The translations under genes and the position numbers were made by a program. From positions 73,532,001 to 73,596,000 of the forward strand of contig OX597824.1 of NCBI GenBank assembly GCA_951406725.2: DNA of 64,000 bases. Direction: 5' to 3'. The stretch comes from Octopus vulgaris (taxonomy: Eukaryota). Position 1 is the stretch's first letter, and each line of letters opens with the position of its first letter. This document shows positions 41,223-55,552 of the stretch, one piece after another. The notes beneath the pieces were generated by a model, which saw nothing but the letters and a program-made list of their open reading frames with translations, did not search any database and was not told where the DNA came from.

Positions 41223-43255
41223 AATAAAAAAAATGTAAATGCTGGGTTTGGATCACTCTTAGTTTTTCTTTCATTCAACATGGTTGGATCTTCAGAGGAA
41301 GTGAAGCCCTTTGTCTACTGCTTGATGATAATGCAGTGATCCTGTTTGTATTGTCTAATGAGAAAGCAATCAACATATGCTAACTATAGGCTGTGATCAA
41401 GCCATGGCAGAACAATGGCTAAAATGCATTGGTGGAGATATTGTGAATCTTCTATTCATTCAACATGTCAAGTATCCCTGGCATGTCAAGGTATATACCA
41501 CTTCATCTTGCATTATCTGGCCCCTTCAATACTGGGGAGATTGTGAAAATATGAAATTGTGCATAATGCTGATAAGGTATACAGCAACTGGATATGACCA
41601 CATTTATCAACATGTTTGCTTTTACAGGATACTGGGTATATTTTGAGGGAGATTTGGCTGCTATTTCTAGCGAGTTGAGTGACTGCATAGAGGCACCCTT
41701 CTTTGTCAAAGATGGTAACTCTTGCACAGAACACGTATATTAAAAAAAAAAACAAGCAAAAAATTATTTTAAAAAACTCAGTTTGTGAGACGTGTATAGT
41801 AAGTTTGAGAGCTTTGGTTATATTTTGGATGTTGGCATATATGACATTTAAAAGATAATCAACTGTGAGTAACTGGTGAGTAAGCAATTGTTCACATTTG
41901 ATTCACTTTTGGCATTTGTGCCTGTGTTCACAATTAGATGGTTTTTTTTTTTTTGGTTTTTTAAAGAAATACACATGTTCTGTGCTGGCATTGACAACTT
42001 TGGCCAACAAATGCATCCACACTATGTGTCTGCTGTGTTCAATACTAGATTAGTTCTAACAAAAGAAAAGAAAGAAAAAAAACTTCATTCAAATGTCAAA
42101 ACAGTTTTACAAAAGATATTACTGAAAGACAACTGAGCTTTGCCACTCAGTTATTTTCATTAGAATAATATGAAAGAAGAGAAGTTGGAAGGCCCCTTGT
42201 GGTAAGAATCAATAATGTGAAGTGAAAGCCGGCAGTGTCATAGTTTTACAATGTATGTGAATGTAGGTAGATGTAAACATCTGAGGGTTATCATTTCAAA
42301 TATGCTGGAATTATTCTGACAGATTAGAGATAAGAGTCAATATTGTGAAAGCTGGCAATATCTATATAAGCTTTATAAAAAATGTGACTGTGAACAAGTA
42401 AAATTTGTTTTCTCTATTTTTAATGATAAAAGGTGATATAAATGTTGGTTTGGTTGACTTCTTCTGTCATGCTTTACATTATTAAGATAGTGGAAGGGGG
42501 AAGAGAGTAAAAAGGAGATACAGTTAAAATAAGAGATGCTGGATGAGTGCACATACTAGGCTTGATGGAAGGCAATGAGTAAAAGAATGCTACACACACA
42601 TACACACACACACACACACACAGTGTTTATCATAGAGACAGAGGAAGAGGAGGAAGAAGAAATAAATGACAGAGTAATTACAGGAGTTCAGAATTTTGCA
42701 GAGATAGTTTTTTGATGGAGTAAATTGCAATCACATTGATAAAATTTAGAAAAACAATTTTTATCACAAATAACCAAAGAAAATTTATTTTATTTTATTT
42801 CATTTTATTTTTAGGTAATAAAGATATTTTTCTTTTGAAAATTAATAAGCACCAAGAAATTTGATAAAAGTTAAATAATTATTATTGTATGTATGACTCA
42901 TCTCCTGATATTACCTGTGGGGGTAAAAGTATATTTCCAAAGTTACCTGTCATACGACAGACAACACTCTAATTTCGATATATTCTCCTAAATTTGAGAC
43001 AACATTAGTGGTGGCCATCATGGTAAGTGGACACCTGAGCTGGCCCTAAAGGCATGTCATTTCTTTATGTCTATGCCTTTTCGCACAATGTCTCTGAAAT
43101 CTCATCTTCTACAACTCCTCATCTTAATACCCTCTCCAACCACCTGTGTCCACCACTCATAGCATCCCCCTCCCCTCCAACTTGCACTCTCCTTTCACAC
43201 ACTTGCAGACTTACCCACTCACCTATCCTATCCAATCCTCTGAACCATCTCACTT

Positions 43256-43330
43256 ACGTATGAGGCGGGGTACTGAAAAGTTCCTGGCCTTGGGTAATAG
43301 AAAATACAGGAAGATCAGTTAATTATGAAA
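43256..43330 (+). mobile_element. Mariner-like terminal inverted repeat remnant
   Basis: TA-TGAGGCGGGGTACTGAAAAGTTCCTGGC resembles TA-CGAGGGG..TGAAAAGTT mariner ends. Confidence 0.5.
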
Positions 43331-43879
43331 CGAGTTTTTACACCTTTTTCACGATAAAAAATAATTTTTTCTCCATTAGGTTAGTTAAAATGTTTGTGAC
43401 ATATTTCACCTGCTAAAGGTAAATTCACTTCAGGTGAAATATGTCACAAACATTTTAACTAACCTAAAGTTTGCTTATACTTAAATACTGCTTGGGGTTG
43501 ATATTACTATAATTTTCACAACCTTGGCAGTCTACTGGTGGAGAGCAATCAGTGTTGTTGACTGTATTTTAGTTGAAGCCATGGCATTGATTAGGTCTGT
43601 CCAGAGTTGCCTCTCTTTGGTATTTCCCATTAATAATGGCGAAAGAGCTACAAACATTATATCTGGGAATCTGACAGGTGGCAGTACTGGACAGATATGG
43701 CATCTTTACACTGTTTTTACCATAAGAGAGAATTTTTTATCCACAGTAACTGTAGTGAATTTGCCTTTAGCAGTTGAAATATGTCACAAACACATTTTAA
43801 CTAACCAAAAGTTCGCTTATGCCTAAACACTGTTTGGCACTGACATTACTATAGTTTCCATCACCTTGGTGGCCTACCT

Positions 43880-46263
43880 CAAAATTAGAGTAGACCTTAC
43901 AAGCTTTTTTGGGACTGGCAAATTATTACCAAAATTATATTCCAAATGTGTATAAGGTAAGGGTTCCACTAAATAATCTATTAAAAAAAGATGTAAAGTG
44001 GAATTGGTTGGAAAATTGTCAGAAAGCATTTGATGAAATTAAAAGAATATTTATATCTGATTTGTCATTAGCACACTTGGATCCTGCAATGGAGATTGTT
44101 GTAGCTTCAGATGCCTCTGAGTACGGTATAGGAGCAGTAATGCTACATAAATATAAAGATGGTAACATGAAGGTGGTGGTTCATGCCTCACGTTCTCTGA
44201 TATCAGCAGAAAAAAATTACACACAAGTTGAAAAAGAGGCTCTAGCAATTATTTTTGCTGTAAAAAAATTTCATAGATTTTTACACAGTAGAAGTTTTTG
44301 ACTATGGACTGTTCATTGTCTGTTGTTATCAATATATGGGTCGAAGAAAGGAATCCCTACCCATACTGTTAGTAGGTTGCAATGCTGGCGTACTATATTA
44401 TTAAACTATGATTTTAGGATGGAGTATATACGATCCAGTGGAGGTACATGGCCTAGTGGTTAGAGCAGCAAACTCGCGGTCGAGGGATCGCTGGTTTGAA
44501 TCTCAGACCGGGTGATGTGTGTGTTTATGAGCAAAACACCTAAGCTCCACACGGCTCTGACAGAAGGTAATGGTGAACTTCTGCTAACTCTTTCGCCACA
44601 ACTTTCTCTCACTCTTTCCTCCTGCATCTAGCAGCTCACCTGTGACGGACCTGTGTCCCGTCCAGATGGGGAACCTATGTGCCAAGGAAACCGGGAAACT
44701 GGCCCTTATGAGCCAGGTGTGGCTCGAGAAGGAACAAACAATATACGATCCAATAAATTAGGACATGCTGATTGTTTATCAAGACTGATTGCAAAAAATG
44801 CTGAACCATTTGAAGATATCATGATTGCTGCATTGCGAGCAGAAAATGAAATTTAAAATGTTTTGTGTAATGTCATATGTGAACTGTCAGTTACATTACA
44901 AGACATTGAAATAAAATCGGAAAATAATAAATCCATTATAAAAATGATAGAAATGCTGAAGGCTAAAAGAGATAAAAATAGGTGCAACACAAATATGAAC
45001 CCATTCTCAATGTGTGACGGTGTATGATGTACTACAAAAATGATTACTAAAGGAATTTCACATTGGTCAGTCAGGGATTGGGGAATGAAATCGTTAATGA
45101 GATGTTATGTATATTGGCCAGCATTGAAGAACTAGTGACCACTAAATGGTACCCATGGCCCAAAACAGATATCCCATGGTCCAGAATGCATGTTGATTAC
45201 ACAGGTCCATTTAAGGGTTCATATTACCTTGTTGTGATGGACAGTTTTTCAAAGTGGCCTGAAGTGCATAAGGGTAAAAAACCAACATCTGTGGTTACAG
45301 TATTTCAAAGTGGCCTGAAGTGCATAAGGGTAAAAAACCAACATCTGTGGTTACAGTAAGTTTTTTACATGAATTGTTTGCCAGATATAGTATTCCTGAC
45401 ACCATTGTGTCTGATAATGGAACTCAATTTACTTCAGCCGAGTTCAGAAAATTTTGTAAAATGTTCATTATTGAACATGTGACCACTCCGCCATATCATC
45501 CTAGGTCAAATGAACAAGCGGAGTGTTTTGTGGACACTTTTAAGAGGGTGTTGAAAAGGACGAAAAATGAAGTAACGGATGACCTTGCACTTCAGCAATT
45601 TCTAAGTGTGTACTAAGCAATAACTAATCCGAATACCCCAACTGGAATGTCACCTGCAGGATTGATGTTTGCTGGAGAGATTAGATCCATCTTTGATAAT
45701 TCGATACCAAGTGAAAATAGAAAAAAGGTGAACAATAAAAATACTTCAAAATTCTTCATGTTAGGAGACAAATTTTTTTAAAAATCTATAGATATGGTAA
45801 AGAAAGCTGGGAGGATGGTGTAATTGTTAAACAAATTAGAAGACTGGCATTCCTGGTAAAAGAAAAAAAATGTTGAACTTAAAAGACATATTAACCAACT
45901 TAAAAAAAGATTCACGGAAAAAAATAGTCACGAGAAATGAAATCCCCATGGAAGTGTTGTATGACACACCTGAAATACCAACACCCAAACAATTTGAAAC
46001 TACATGTTCTAGCACCAGAAAATGGGAAAGAACGGAAACACTGGAATTGACTCCTAAGCATGAGAAATATTAAAACTCTGAGCGGAGTTTAATTCTCAAA
46101 AGGGGAGACTAATTCTAAAAAAGGGAGATGTTATGGAAGGATTCCGACCATCCCACAGGTGACCAAAAGTGGACAGACTCATTGTTATAAAATAAAGAAC
46201 TGTGTGCAAATTGGAGCAAGCAGTTCACTGTGAGCTGTTGATTGAGAGTGTTTGAGTCTCGTG

Positions 46264-46268
<5 letters not shown>
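43880..46268 (+). mobile_element. Decayed Ty3/Gypsy LTR retrotransposon (RT connection, RNase H, integrase, PPT, short 3' LTR)
   Basis: FLGLANYY, VASDASEYGIGAV, NYTQVEKEALAI, PWSRMHVDY, IVSDNGTQF, PPYHPRSNEQAE; PPT AAAAAAGGGAGA followed by TG at 46129; AATAAA in the putative LTR; multiple stops and frameshifts. Confidence 0.92.
44438..44740 (+). mobile_element. SINE with head C and tail type iii, nested in the Gypsy pol
   Basis: 12-bp TSD ATATACGATCCA at 44426-44437 and 44741-44752. Confidence 0.92.
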
Positions 46269-46302
<34 letters not shown>

Positions 46303-46305
<3 letters not shown>

Positions 46306-46490
46306 AGAGTTTACGAAAAAAACAAAAGATGAAAACAGGTGGTGTACAAAACAAACAGATGTATTTGTATAACACTCAAGAATAGAAAAAGTCTTTTACG
46401 TTTTGAGCCTATGCTCTTCTACAGAAAGGGACACAGAAAAAATAAAGAGAGAAAAAAATGTGTGTAGTGGCTAACGATCTATCATGGCTA
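46303..46490 (-). mobile_element. Short hammerhead-bearing element, family H2 (degenerate copy near 56730-56850)
   Basis: Minus strand CTTT CTGTAGA A GAGC ATAG GCTC AAAA CG TA AAAG (46393-46428); (TA)n on both sides; the 56787-56826 copy retains GAAA. Confidence 0.65.
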
Positions 46491-46508
46491 ACAGTCTATC
46501 ATAACTAA

Positions 46509-46549
<41 letters not shown>

Positions 46550-47629
46550 TTCAGCAAAATTTAGATTCAGATGAATATGGTACTTAAGTTAAAGGCACCA
46601 GAATTTTATATGGTATTATCCATATAAATCAAATGGGGTGATTATAATCAAAATAAGCAACAAGTATATCCAACTGCTCTACCTTGGATATACTTGTTGC
46701 TTATTTTGATATATATATATATATTGACAACAATCATTTGCAATCAAAGGTTATTCAGTTACATATACTCTGCTTCCACTAATTGTTAGAGCAGCTGTTC
46801 ATGTGGTTGCAAGTAAATACAAACCTCCTTTCTGCTCTCACTCTCTTGGCTGAGTGGAACATCCAGAATATGACAGCTGGAAAGGAAGAGTGTAGGAAAA
46901 AGAGAGAGAGAGTTGGAGTAGTATTTAATTCATTGACTCTGAAAAAAACATTAGAGGGAGTTGACTAGCATAATTTGAAGTCTGAGCAAAGAGAGACAGA
47001 ACTAACATCACAACTCATTCAATCAGATATGTTAATAACCTTGCCATTTGACTACCACTTTTTATAAGTAGAGGCATTCCACATGTTGTGGAAACACTAT
47101 GGTGTTGGAAATTCTGCTGTAATATGGAATTTTGTAAAGCAAAGTGGGTTTCCTATTATCCATTCACTTCTGTGTAATGTAGAAGTCAATGGAAAATAGA
47201 TTTGATGTTATGATAAGATTTTTGCAGAAGCACATAATTTCCTTAATGAAGAGATGCCTCAGTGTGTGCACGTTTTTTGTATGTTTGTGTGTGTGTATGG
47301 ATATATATTCTATATCGTGTGTACACACACACACACATGCATATTATATATTATAAAAATATAATATATTATTTATTTTAAAAGGGCGGTGAGCTGGCAG
47401 AATCGTTAGCACACCGGACGAAATGCTTAGCTGTATTTCGGCGGCTGTTACATTCTGAATTCAAATTCCACCAAGGTCAACTGTGTCTTTCATCCTTTCA
47501 GGGTTAATAAATTAAGTACCAGTTGCGCACTGGGATTGATGTAATCAACTTAATCCCTTTGTCTGTCCTTGTTTGTCCCCTCTATGTTTAGCCCCTTGTG
47601 GACAATAAAGAAATATATATATTATAAAA

Positions 47630-47915
47630 GTGCAGTGAGAGCTAGCAGTGATTTTCATGAGGCAGTGTGCTGACTGACATTGTTGTGTTTACTTCGCAAG
47701 TTGTGAAATTTGTGTTTTTGTGATCATATGTATGCTGTAGTCTGTGATGATTTTTGTGATGGACAGGAAGTCAGAACAAAGAACCAACGTGAAATTTTGC
47801 GTTAAACTTGGGAAGTCTGCTGCTGAGACATTGAGCATGCTTTGGCAAGCTTACGACGACAAGGTAATGGGTCATATGCAATGTTCCAAAGGGTATGGTT
47901 ACTTCAAAAGCAGCA
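47630..47915 (+). mobile_element. Mariner transposase N-terminal (HTH) relic
   Basis: EQRTNVKFCVKLGKSAAETLSMLWQAYDD..FKS. Confidence 0.85.
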
Positions 47916-48392
47916 CAATAAAGCCACAGTTCAATCCAAAGCATGCACTCTTTTACTCTTTTACTTGTTTCAGTCATTTGACTGTGGCCATGATGGAGCA
48001 CTGCCTTTAGTTGAGCAAGTTGACCCCAGGACTTATTCGTTGTAAGCCTAGTACTTATTCTATCGGTCTCTTTTGCTGAACCGCTAAGTTACGGGGACGT
48101 AAACACACCAGTATCAGTTGTCAAGCGATGTTGGGGGGACAAACACAGATTCACAAACATATACACAGACATGCATATATATACACACACACACACAAAC
48201 ATATACACACACACACATACACACACACACACACATATATATATATATGTCAGCCCGAGGCTATAGAAGAAGACACTTGCCCAAGGTGCCACGCAGTGGG
48301 ACTGAATCCAGAACCATGTGGTTCGTAAGCAAGCTACTTACCACATGGCCAATTCACACACACATCTAATGAACCCATATAATATACATATA

Positions 48393-48963
48393 CAGTAATA
48401 CCTCACTTTATGAGGACCTGCTTTATGAGACACCAGGTTTACAAGTTTTATTTTTCAGCCAACTTTTGTATGGTGAGCTGAAATTTTTCAAGCAAAAGAT
48501 CCAAATTTTGAAGAAAGTGCAAGAGTTTCTACTATCATAACAAATGCTTCTGCATGGTACCGAGAAATTTGTAGTGAACTTAAAAAAAGCATCTTCTAAG
48601 CAAACAACTCTGGACTTGTTTTTTGAAAAGTGATCTGCAAGTCCATCTATGAATGCTTGTGAATTGTGGATTGTGTCTATAAGTGATGATGTGCACAAGT
48701 CTAGTGTGAGTGAAAGTGATTCAGAAAAAGATTATAATAATATTTTTTATTATAAATGATCTTTACATAAAATATTCTTTACACGCTACTGTTGCTTTCT
48801 TGACATTATTTACGAGTATTATAAATTTTATAGGTAAAATATTTTTCTGGGAAGAAATTACAATTTATAACATTGCTATGGGAAATTATTCCTCTGCTTT
48901 ATGCGTTTTCATTTTATGAGTGACTTTCAGGAACAAATTGACTTGTATATCAAGACATTACTG
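48393..48963 (+). mobile_element. Tigger/pogo-like internally deleted DNA transposon
   Basis: TA|CAGTAATACCTC...GACATTACTG|TA ends; C-terminal transposase-like KQTTLDLFFEK. Confidence 0.7.
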
Positions 48964-49088
48964 TATATATGCGTGTACACACACACACAAAATATAGAAT
49001 ATATCTATCTATCTCTCTGTCTATATATCGATGTATGTATCAATCTATCAATCTACAGCAATCTTTCCAACATAGTAACTACTCAACC

Positions 49089-49155
<67 letters not shown>

Positions 49156-50797
49156 AAGGTGCAGAAATAGCTGTGGTGAAGAAGTTCCTTTTCCTAACCA
49201 AATGGTTTCTTGTTCAGTGCCACTGTGCATCACATTTGGCATCTTCTGTAGCGTAGGACCAACTAAAGTCTTCTTGGTAGATTTAGTATAGAGAAATTGA
49301 AAGATCACCATATATATATAGGCAAGCTGGCAGAAACATTAGCATGCTGGGCAAAACGCTTAGCGGTGTTTCGTCTGCCGTTACGTTCTGAGTTCAAATT
49401 CTACCGAAGTCAACTTTGCCTTTCATCCTTTCGGGGTCAATAAATTAAGAACCAGTTACATACTGGGGTCGATATAATCAACTGAATCCGTTTGTATGTC
49501 CTTGTTTGTTCTCTCTATGTTTAGCCCCTTGTGGGCAATAAAGAAATAATATATATAAATATATATATATATATTAAATTAGAGATAAAACCACTATTAG
49601 GCAAATCAAACAGTGAAAAACATAAACCAATACATAGAAATAAAATTAATTGATATAATATGCAAAATATATAAAATTCAAGATTTAAATTATTTAAATT
49701 TAAAGTTAAAATTTAAAAAATTATTTAAATTATTAATTTATACTTATAAATTTATATACATATATATATATATATTTTATTATTTTTAATTTTATTATTA
49801 TTATTATTTTAATTTTTTTTTTATAGATATAACTATCAAAAAGTATTAAAAAGTTTAATATAAAATAAAGAGTAAAACCACTACGATCATATATATGTAT
49901 ATATATATGTATATGTATGTATGTATATGTATGTATGTTTGTATATATTAATAATGCTCAGGAGAATGGAGATTTTTCTCCACATCTAATAATTTTATGA
50001 AACAGTTATTTACAGCATGCTGTAAATAACTGTTTCATAAAATTATAGATGTGGAAAAAAATCTGTTCTCCTGGTCATAATTAATACTATTACATACTCT
50101 ACAGAAACTATGCAATCTCAAATAGAGCACTCAGATTTACCAAGCGAGAATAATTACTTATTGTTAACTCGGTTATCACGAAAACTTCGCTGTAGTTAGC
50201 CAGCATACAAAACTGATTTAAGAGGAAACACGATAACTACCAGGATTATATATTCCTTTGTACTCATTTCAGGATATATGTGTGTATATATATATATATA
50301 TATAAATTTATAAATAAGGATAATATCGATATTTAAATATCGATCTTATCTGGTGGCCAGCATGGGAATAAATACCATAAAAAAGGTAATAATTATTTAA
50401 ACTATAAATTAGGGTATCTGAGAGATACCACCATGCTGAAATAGCAGTCAAAACCCTGACCCTAAAACCACCTTAAATGTTCATATCTCGCCAGGAGAAA
50501 AGACAGAAAGACAAAATAAACTAGCAAAAATGATTTTACTGGATAATTCAAGATCCAGGATTTCTGGCTTTGCTTCAGAGAAGCTCTGCCTTCTTCAGTT
50601 GAATATGCCAGAAAACACATAAATACAGATATATATATATATACACACAGAACATACATTATACTTACATATACGAATGCCTATACATACATATACATGT
50701 AGGTACAAGACTAGCTTAAATTGCCCTTAAGGTGGTTTTAGGGTTAGGGCTTCGACTGCTATTTCAGCAAGGTGGTATCTCTCAGATACCCTAATTT

Positions 50798-50844
<47 letters not shown>

Positions 50845-50943
50845 TTAGAGGTTGTGTTAACCTCTTGAAGGGATGGTTTCATCCACAGGAATACTGGTTC
50901 AATACCTAGTATTTTTGGGGAATTAATTTCCTTAAACTAATAG

Positions 50944-50998
<55 letters not shown>

Positions 50999-51533
50999 CA
51001 TAGTTTATATTCATTTAAAAGAACGAAAAAAAAATGGAGATTGGGAAGTTAATAATTGTATATTATTAACAGCAAATTAATCATCTTACAGCTATTTAAG
51101 TTAATACTCAGTAAATATTAAATTTATATTTATATGACCTGAGCGTAATATCTTCAGGGAAAAAAGATATTAACTGAAACAACTGTAAATGAAGATGATT
51201 AATTTGCTGTTAATAATAAACAGTTATTAACTTTCAAATCTCCATTTTCTTTTTCTTAACAGCGCTGCATCAGTATGGCTGCAGCTCTGAGCTGAAACTA
51301 CAGAAAAAATATATATATACATATGTCTTATACTTTTTACATGTTTCAGTCATTGGACTGTGGCCAAACTGGGGCACTGCCATGAAGGGTTTTTAGTCAA
51401 ATGAATCAACCCCTGTACTTTTTTTTTAAAGCCTGGTGCTTTTTGTATTGGTCTCTTTTGCTCAATGGCTGAGTTATAGGGTCCTTACACAAAGCAACAC
51501 TGGTTATCAAGCAGTTGTGGTACATACATATAC

Positions 51534-51590
<57 letters not shown>

Positions 51591-51939
51591 TATTTTTGGT
51601 GTTGGAAGGGCATCCAGCTGTAGAAACCATGCTAAATCAGACTGGAATCTGGCGCAGCCTCTCAGTTAACCAGCTCTGGTCAAACTGTGCCTGGACATTG
51701 GATGTTAAATGATGATGATGACAGGCTTTTGGGAGAAGTGAGATATTTCATATATACATGACCATTGCCTCATCTTATCAAATGATAACCATTTCTTATT
51801 CTGCCTGCTTCTTCTGATTTGCTTTGGTGTACAGATACGACTTTTCACACCACATAACTATTGCCATAGGACTTTTTAAAATACGAAACAAATGTAGAAA
51901 TAAAATGATTGTCAAACATCTGTATGTCATTGGATTTAA

Positions 51940-52454
51940 CCCTTTCGTTACTGTATTTTTTTGGAGATGCTCTGTGTTTCTTTCAATTATTTAAATATAA
52001 CAAAGAATTTAGTAAGATAACTTAGTTATTTCGTTTTTGGATTTGGTTTGCAAAATTCTTTATGAGTTTGTGTGTTGAAGCATATTCTGTTGTGTCTGGG
52101 GAGAGTCATTTTTTTTTTATGCCTTATAATATAACACACTCACCGGTAAAAATTTCCACTTTTTTCTTATTTTTATTTTCCTAAACTATTGAAAAGGTTG
52201 CAAGACGCAGCGAAAATTTTAGGAAATTGAAAATAAGAAAAAAGTGGAAATTTTACTGGTGAGTGTGTTATTTTATAAGGCATAAAAAAAAATGACTCTC
52301 CCCAGACACAACAGAACTTGGTTATCATTCAGCTAGTGTTAGGAACATAAATTGTGACCAAGGTTTGGTAGAAGATTTTAATGCAAAACGTATGGAAAAA
52401 AGACATTTGTACTCAGAGCCAGAGCTGGTTTCAGCCGGGTCGTTAACGAAAGGG
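51940..52454. mobile_element. piggyBac-type MITE with a nested foldback insertion (52030-52314)
   Basis: TTAA|CCCTTTCGTTA...TAACGAAAGGG|TTAA. The nested piece is flanked by AACTT(A/G)GTTAT and has ~100-bp inverted arms. Confidence 0.82.
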
Positions 52455-52921
52455 TTAAATGACAAAAGCTTCTGCAAGGTTGTCATTCTCTCTGTGGCTA
52501 TAGTAGGTCCCAGTGACAAGCATTGCATGATGACTGGCATTATTTTGATTGTATTGTAAGTTTTATGTTAGAGTATCTTTCTTCTAGAAGAGCTGCCTTT
52601 CCTACAGCTTTGTTGAAAATATACACGTATACAAATGTAAGTGTGACTGCTAACATCTGCAATTGCTTGAATGAAATTGTTGGTGTTAGTTTACTGTCAA
52701 TAAATCATCACTTTGTACTTCTGAAGTTACGTGGAATGAATGAATCTTTACTTGGAAAATAGGTAAGGGTTAATGTGAGGGAGGGCACTTGGCTGTGAAA
52801 CAGAACCTCAAGTAATATATTTGTCCATGCCATCCAAGCAGGCAAAGCAAATGTCAAGGAACAAATCAACGAACACCCATACACACACAGACACACATGC
52901 ACAAACATATATATACTACTA

Positions 52922-53232
52922 ATGGCACTCCATCAGTAATGCTGATGAGGGTTCCAGTTGATCTGATCAATGGAACAACATGCTCCTGAAATTAACCTGT
53001 AAGTGGTTGAGCACTCTACAGACATACTCTTTTAGTCTTTTACTTGTTTGAGTCATTTGACTGCGGCCATGCTGGAGCACCGACTGTAGCCGAGCAAATC
53101 AACCCCCAGGATTTATTCTTTGGAAGCCTAGTACTTATTCTATCGGTCTTTTTTTGCCAAACTGCTAAGTTACGGGGACGTAAACACACCACCATCGGTT
53201 GTCAAGCGATGTTGGGGGGGACAAACACAGAT

Positions 53233-53264
<32 letters not shown>

Positions 53265-53658
53265 GACAGTCTTCTTTCAGTTTCCGTCTACTAAATCCAC
53301 TCACAAGGCTTTGGACGGCCTGAGGCTATAGTAGAAGACACTTGCCCATAGGTGCCATGCTGTGGGAATGAATCCTGGGACCATATGGATAGTAAGCAAG
53401 CTACTTACCACACAGCTACTCCTGCGCCTTTGTACATGTGTACCTTTAATATAGTTCTCAAGGAGATTCAGTGTGACACAGATGTGATAAGGCTTGCCCT
53501 TTGAATTACAGGTACTACTCAGTTTTGCCAGCTGAGTGAACTGGAGCAATGTGAAATAAAGTGTCTTGCTCAAGGACACAATGTGTCACCGGGAATTGAA
53601 CTCACAACCCTATGATCATGAGGCAAAAACCCTAACCATTAAGCCATGTGCCTTCACA
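52922..53658 (-). mobile_element. SINE with head E and tail type ii, interrupted by a SINE A (53026-53428)
   Basis: Head matches 10980-11092; tail matches 29470-29650. Confidence 0.75.
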
Positions 53659-54471
53659 TACATATATATGTATTTTTTATCTTTTATTTGTTTCACTCAT
53701 TAGACAGCAATGATGCTGTGGCACCACATTGAATGGTTTTGTTGAACAAGCCAACACCGCAGTCCTTAATTTTTTTTTTTTGTAATGGTACTTATTGTAT
53801 AGTTCTCTTTTGCTGAATTTCTAAGTTATAGGGACATAAAGTGGTGGTGGGGGACAGTTGCAAGTGTAATGACACACACTCATATATAGATATCTACATA
53901 CACATACGCACGCACACACGATGGGCCTCTTTCAGTTTCTGTCTCCCAAATCCACTTAGAAGGCTTTGGTTGGCCCAAGGCTATAGGTTAAGACACTTGC
54001 CCAAAGTGCTACACAGTAGAACTGAATCTGGAACCATATGGGTGGGAAACAAAATTCTTGCCGGTGTCATGTAAATGGTATTCATGAAGTTGTAGGCATG
54101 GATGTTGCTGATGTTATGTAAATGGCACCTATGTCAGTGGCACACAAAAAGCACTCAATACACTCTTGGAGTGGTTGGCGTTAGGAAGGGCATCCAGCTG
54201 TAGAAACCATACCAAATCAGACTGGAGCCTGGTGCAGCTTTCCGACTTACCTGTTTTCAGTCAAACTGTCTAACCCATGCCAACATGGAAAGTGGATGTT
54301 AAATGATAATGATGATGGTTAAATATTATTAAGAATTGCATAATTAAATTATTAAAATATTTTGTGCATTGTTGACCTGTGTCAGTGGCGCACAAAAAGC
54401 ACTTATTACACTCTCGGAATGGTCGGCGTCATAAAAATATTCATAATCCAGCAAAGTAGACCTGGGTTTAC

Positions 54472-54600
54472 CCATCAGAAGAATTGCAGTAGGATTACTC
54501 TCCCTAAGCGATCCTTGATGGTTCTTACTACTTGATGCAGCTAGCCAGAACCTGGAATATACCTGAGACTTATTACGGTACCCACCTGGATAATTTATCC
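54472..54600 (-). CDS. Candidate phase 1-1 exon of an unknown antisense gene
   Basis: ATATTTAG acceptor, 129 nt open (INYPGGYRNKSQVYSRFWLAASSSKNHQGSLRESNPTAILLM), G|GTAAAC donor; no recognised homology. Confidence 0.2.
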
Positions 54601-55269
54601 CTAAATATTCATTGTATGTATATGTGTGTATGTATGTACTTAATTGTGCATATGTATATATGTATTTATTTATTTGTATGTATGTGTGTATGTATGTATG
54701 TATGCATGTTTGTATGCCTCTAGCTTTCACTGACATATATATCAGTAAAGGATATAAACACCAGGAAAAAAACTTTAAAAAAAAGGAAGAGAAAAATACA
54801 ACGCAGTACACTTTCAAACAAAATCTCTTGAGATAATTGTTTACCATTGAGTTGTAGACACTCCCATTTTACTTTGACCATTAGCAATACAGTGAATTAA
54901 CAACTGGACAGTTAGTGACATATGTAACCAATGGGGCTATTATTTGCAAATTAACTGCATGAAATAAATAAATAAATAAATGAATAAATAAATATATTAT
55001 ATTATATTCTATCCAACCATAGACTTGAAGTACTTGACTTGTCCATTTGGCTAAGGTCAAGTGTTTAAGTGACAAGTCAATTGATAGGGCGAGAACATGA
55101 TTACTACCAGTATCAAGTTCTGTATTACCATGTTGGCGGATGGAGGAGATGGTGACTGCAATGGTCATGGTGGTGGTGAAGATTGCAGCGTTGGAATGGG
55201 GGGATCTGATGGGAGAGAGGGGAGGGATTGGATGGAGCTGAATTTGCTGCTGCAAAGGCTGCTGTTATT

Positions 55270-55420
55270 TTGGTGGTGGTTGGAGAGAGGGTTGTCGTTG
55301 TTGTTGTTGGTGGTGGTGGTGGGGGTGAGGATTATAGTAGTGATGGTTTGATGCTGGTGGATGCAGAGATGACACTTGCTCCCTTTGTGAAAATAGTTGT
55401 GACTGTAGTAGTAATAGTAA

Positions 55421-55452
<32 letters not shown>

Positions 55453-55507
55453 GTGATGGTGGTAGTAGTATTAAAAGTAGTGGTGGTGGTGGTGGTGGTA
55501 GTAATAA

Positions 55508-55552
<45 letters not shown>

